Source of the DNA: Botryllus schlosseri
Taxonomy: Eukaryota
Reading direction: 5' to 3'
Assembly: GCA_051294905.1 (NCBI GenBank)
Contig: CM119371.1
Span: 24,430,001-24,494,000, forward strand
Length of the DNA stretch: 64,000 nucleotides
Part shown: one piece after another, positions 63,699 to 64,000 of the stretch
How the letters are laid out: the number at the start of each line of letters is the position of its first letter
Position numbering within the stretch: position 1 is the first letter of the stretch
Position numbers and translations under genes: made by a program
Notes under the pieces: generated by a model
Database searches by the model: none
The model's input: only the letters and a program-made list of their open reading frames with translations
What the model was told of the DNA's origin: nothing

Positions 63699-63938
63699 CT
63701 CAGATTCAAATCCGCGAATTTTATCCAATAGAATCTTGACGAGGTTTTCATTGAGATGACATTGACGAAATTCTAACTCATACACGCGAGATTGGCGAAT
63801 AAGAGAATTCGCGATATTATTTATGTCCAATTCAGTCATAGTTTGGTGATAGAGCCCATAAGGAATTTTCACTTCATAATGATCCGTAAGTACTAATTCA
63901 TGGTACATCCTCTTTTCAGCTTGATGATGTAGATTATC
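63699..63938 (-). CDS. 240-nt exon of minus-strand gene (start of the LRR region; the gene continues beyond the window)
   Basis: ttttag|GAT...GAG|gtatac; DNLHHQAEKRMYHELVL...RVYELEFRQCHLNENLVKILLDKIRGFESE, phase 0/0. Confidence 0.8.
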
Positions 63939-64000
63939 CTAAAATTATTTACTTTTATAACTCTATATTCTATGATGTAAAAGTAGTATCATAAACGATA

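Overview
AT-rich, intron-containing eukaryotic DNA. It looks like an invertebrate animal, possibly an ascidian, but that is inference only. Most ORFs in the supplied track are spurious. (1) 1-29764 is a tandem array of about five near-identical ~5.65-kb units. Each unit carries two 168-nt, phase-0, AG/GT-bounded + strand exons (A and B), each encoding two ribonuclease-inhibitor/NLR-type leucine-rich repeats. An older diverged pair (A' 30211-30378, B' 41739-41906) follows, giving at least 12 in-frame LRR exons. (2) 30.4-51.9 kb is a dense nest of non-autonomous hAT-type elements, a SINE and other repeats, many with readable TSDs. (3) 51897-56966 is an inverted (head-to-head) Penelope-like insertion with GIY-YIG remnants, an 11-bp TSD and a minimal hammerhead ribozyme. 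A non-autonomous three-LTR retrotransposon has inserted into it (52556-55984, minus strand, 5-bp TSD). That element has no tRNA primer-binding site, but has a 43-nt segment complementary to its own predicted 5' end, suggesting self-priming. (4) 61638-63938 holds the six 3' exons of a second, convergent minus-strand LRR (NLR-like) gene, apparently followed by decayed copies of similar exons. All analysis was done by eye; no database searches were possible.
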